Below the pieces are notes generated by a model. It was given only the letters and a program-made list of their open reading frames with translations, searched no databases and was not told where the DNA came from. From assembly GCA_016280915.1 (NCBI GenBank), contig JAEEHQ010000036.1:29269-93268 (forward strand): DNA of 64,000 bases. Direction: 5' to 3'. Both the position numbers and the translations under genes were made by a program. The DNA is from Bacteroidales bacterium. GTDB taxonomy: Bacteria; Bacteroidota; Bacteroidia; Bacteroidales; P3. Positions 62,897-64,000 of this stretch are shown here, in pieces; positions within the stretch are counted from its first letter, which is position 1, and every line of letters begins with the position of its first letter.

Positions 62897-64000
62897 ATGA
62901 TTCGTCCTCCAGAGCCTTTTCTCCAATATATCTGGCAGCATCAACTACTGGAGGGCGAATTGCGTACTGTCGACGGGCTTCCTGTTGTTGTTGAACGGGC
63001 TGGTCTACTCAACCGCGATGCGGGGCCTGATTTTTTTGATGCGCGCGTGCGAATAGGAGAGACTCTCTGGGTGGGTAATGTCGAGGTACACGTCAAAGCA
63101 TCTGACTGGAACCTCCACCACCATAGTACCGACCCTGCCTACGAAAATGTGGTGCTGCATGTGGTGTATGACTGCGACACCGCCATTACCCTGCAAGACT
63201 GTCATCAGCTTCCCACACTCTCCCTTGCCAACCACATACCCCAAGCCGTTTGGGACAACTATGACTCGCTCATGGCTCCACCCAAGTCGCTCGATATTCC
63301 CTGTAGCGACCACCTTCCTCAACTCTCATCATTCTTTATGCAGTCGGCCCTTGAGCGTCTCACTCTTGAGCGTTTGGAGTCGAAGTGCGACAATGTGCGC
63401 CGGATTCTTTCCGACACACATGGCAACTGGGAGCAGAGCTGCTATTGGATGCTGGCTCATTATTTTGGAGGCATGATCAACGGTTTCCCCTTTGAGCTGA
63501 TGGCTCGGTCGACCGACCTGACACTTCTTGCCCGTTGGCGCGACAAGCCACAGCGTGTCGAGGCTCTCCTGATGGGGCAGGCAGGGCTATTGGAAGGCTA
63601 TTTCGACGACGAGTATCCCCGACAGTTGCAGGCCGACTATGATGCCATCTGTCATGCTGCCCAACTCAAACCAATTGCGGGTTATCTGTGGAAGTTTTTC
63701 CGCATCCGTCCCAATGGGTTCCCCACTATCCGCATCAGTCAGTTTGCCCAGCTCATTTGTCGTTCGCGCAATCTCTTCAGCCGCTTGTTAGAAACGCCTT
63801 CGGCTGCCGAGCTGCAGCAACTTTTTAATGTGACTGCCTCCGACTATTGGACCCACCACTATCAGTTTGACCGTCCCTCGCCCGGCAAACCCAAACACCT
63901 GTCGCCCACTTTTGTCAATTTGCTCATTATCAATGCTTGGGTGCCCCTCCTTTTTGAGTATGGCAACCAACATGGCATGCAACTATACAAGGACCAGGCC
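62897..64000 (+). CDS. DUF2851-family protein, 3' end outside the window
   Basis: ATG at 62897. I read the frame codon by codon from 63002 to about 63796 and inspected the 62897-63001 segment without finding a stop; the final ~200 nt (63797-64000) were not checked codon by codon. The ORF is absent from the ORF track and I assume it runs past the window end at 64000. 'PEPFLQYIWQHQLL...VEVHVKASDWNLHHH' and 'RPNGFPTIRISQFAQLI' resemble DUF2851. Confidence 0.72.
   Translation, partial: MIRPPEPFLQYIWQHQLLEGELRTVDGLPVVVERAGLLNRDAGPDFFDARVRIGETLWVGNVEVHVKASDWNLHHHSTDPAYENVVLHVVYDCDTAITLQDCHQLPTLSLANHIPQAVWDNYDSLMAPPKSLDIPCSDHLPQLSSFFMQSALERLTLERLESKCDNVRRILSDTHGNWEQSCYWMLAHYFGGMINGFPFELMARSTDLTLLARWRDKPQRVEALLMGQAGLLEGYFDDEYPRQLQADYDAICHAAQLKPIAGYLWKFFRIRPNGFPTIRISQFAQLICRSRNLFSRLLETPSAAELQQLFNVTASDYWTHHYQFDRPSPGKPKHLSPTFVNLLIINAWVPLLFEYGNQHGMQLYKDQA

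Overview
This is a chromosomal segment from a Bacteroidota genome that looks Prevotellaceae-like. That taxonomic call is inferred from TAnnTTTG-type promoters, type IX secretion (T9SS) genes and lipoprotein signal peptides. I can support about 56 protein-coding genes. I found no rRNA, tRNA or CRISPR array.

Housekeeping genes recognised from diagnostic motifs: queG, nadC, cinA, guaB, panB, ispF, clpS, floA/nfeD, grpE, dnaJ, two parvulin-type PPIases, a MoxR ATPase, and a THUMP-domain RNA methyltransferase.

The accessory and unusual content is as follows:
- **T9SS hub (about 35-59 kb).** It holds porV, porU, a 2541-aa cargo protein built from eight tandem modules, a PorP/SprF-family gene, a PorK/GldJ-family lipoprotein not followed by porLMN, and two paralogous cargo genes flanking an IS remnant. 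A 1.4-kb ORF-free divergent region separates the giant cargo gene from the PorP gene.
- **Restriction-modification island.** An AT-rich type II R-M module (SPPY methyltransferase plus MutH/MvaI/BcnI-like endonuclease) sits directly against a 5'-truncated T9SS cargo remnant and is followed by a 1-kb gene desert.
- **MITE-like repeat family.** A repeat of about 260 bp has AAGGTGGGTTCTATAAA inverted termini. Two inverted copies lie near the window ends, with shorter or solo derivatives elsewhere, and they overlap the ends of neighbouring ORFs.
- **A second intergenic repeat family** of about 135 bp, present in two copies.
- **A tightly coupled ECF sigma / anti-sigma / two-lipoprotein operon.**
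- **A redox cluster:** gpx, an OhrR-like regulator and a divergent ferritin-like gene, opposite an iron-sulfur flavoprotein.

All family assignments come from reading motifs in the translations. No database search was run.
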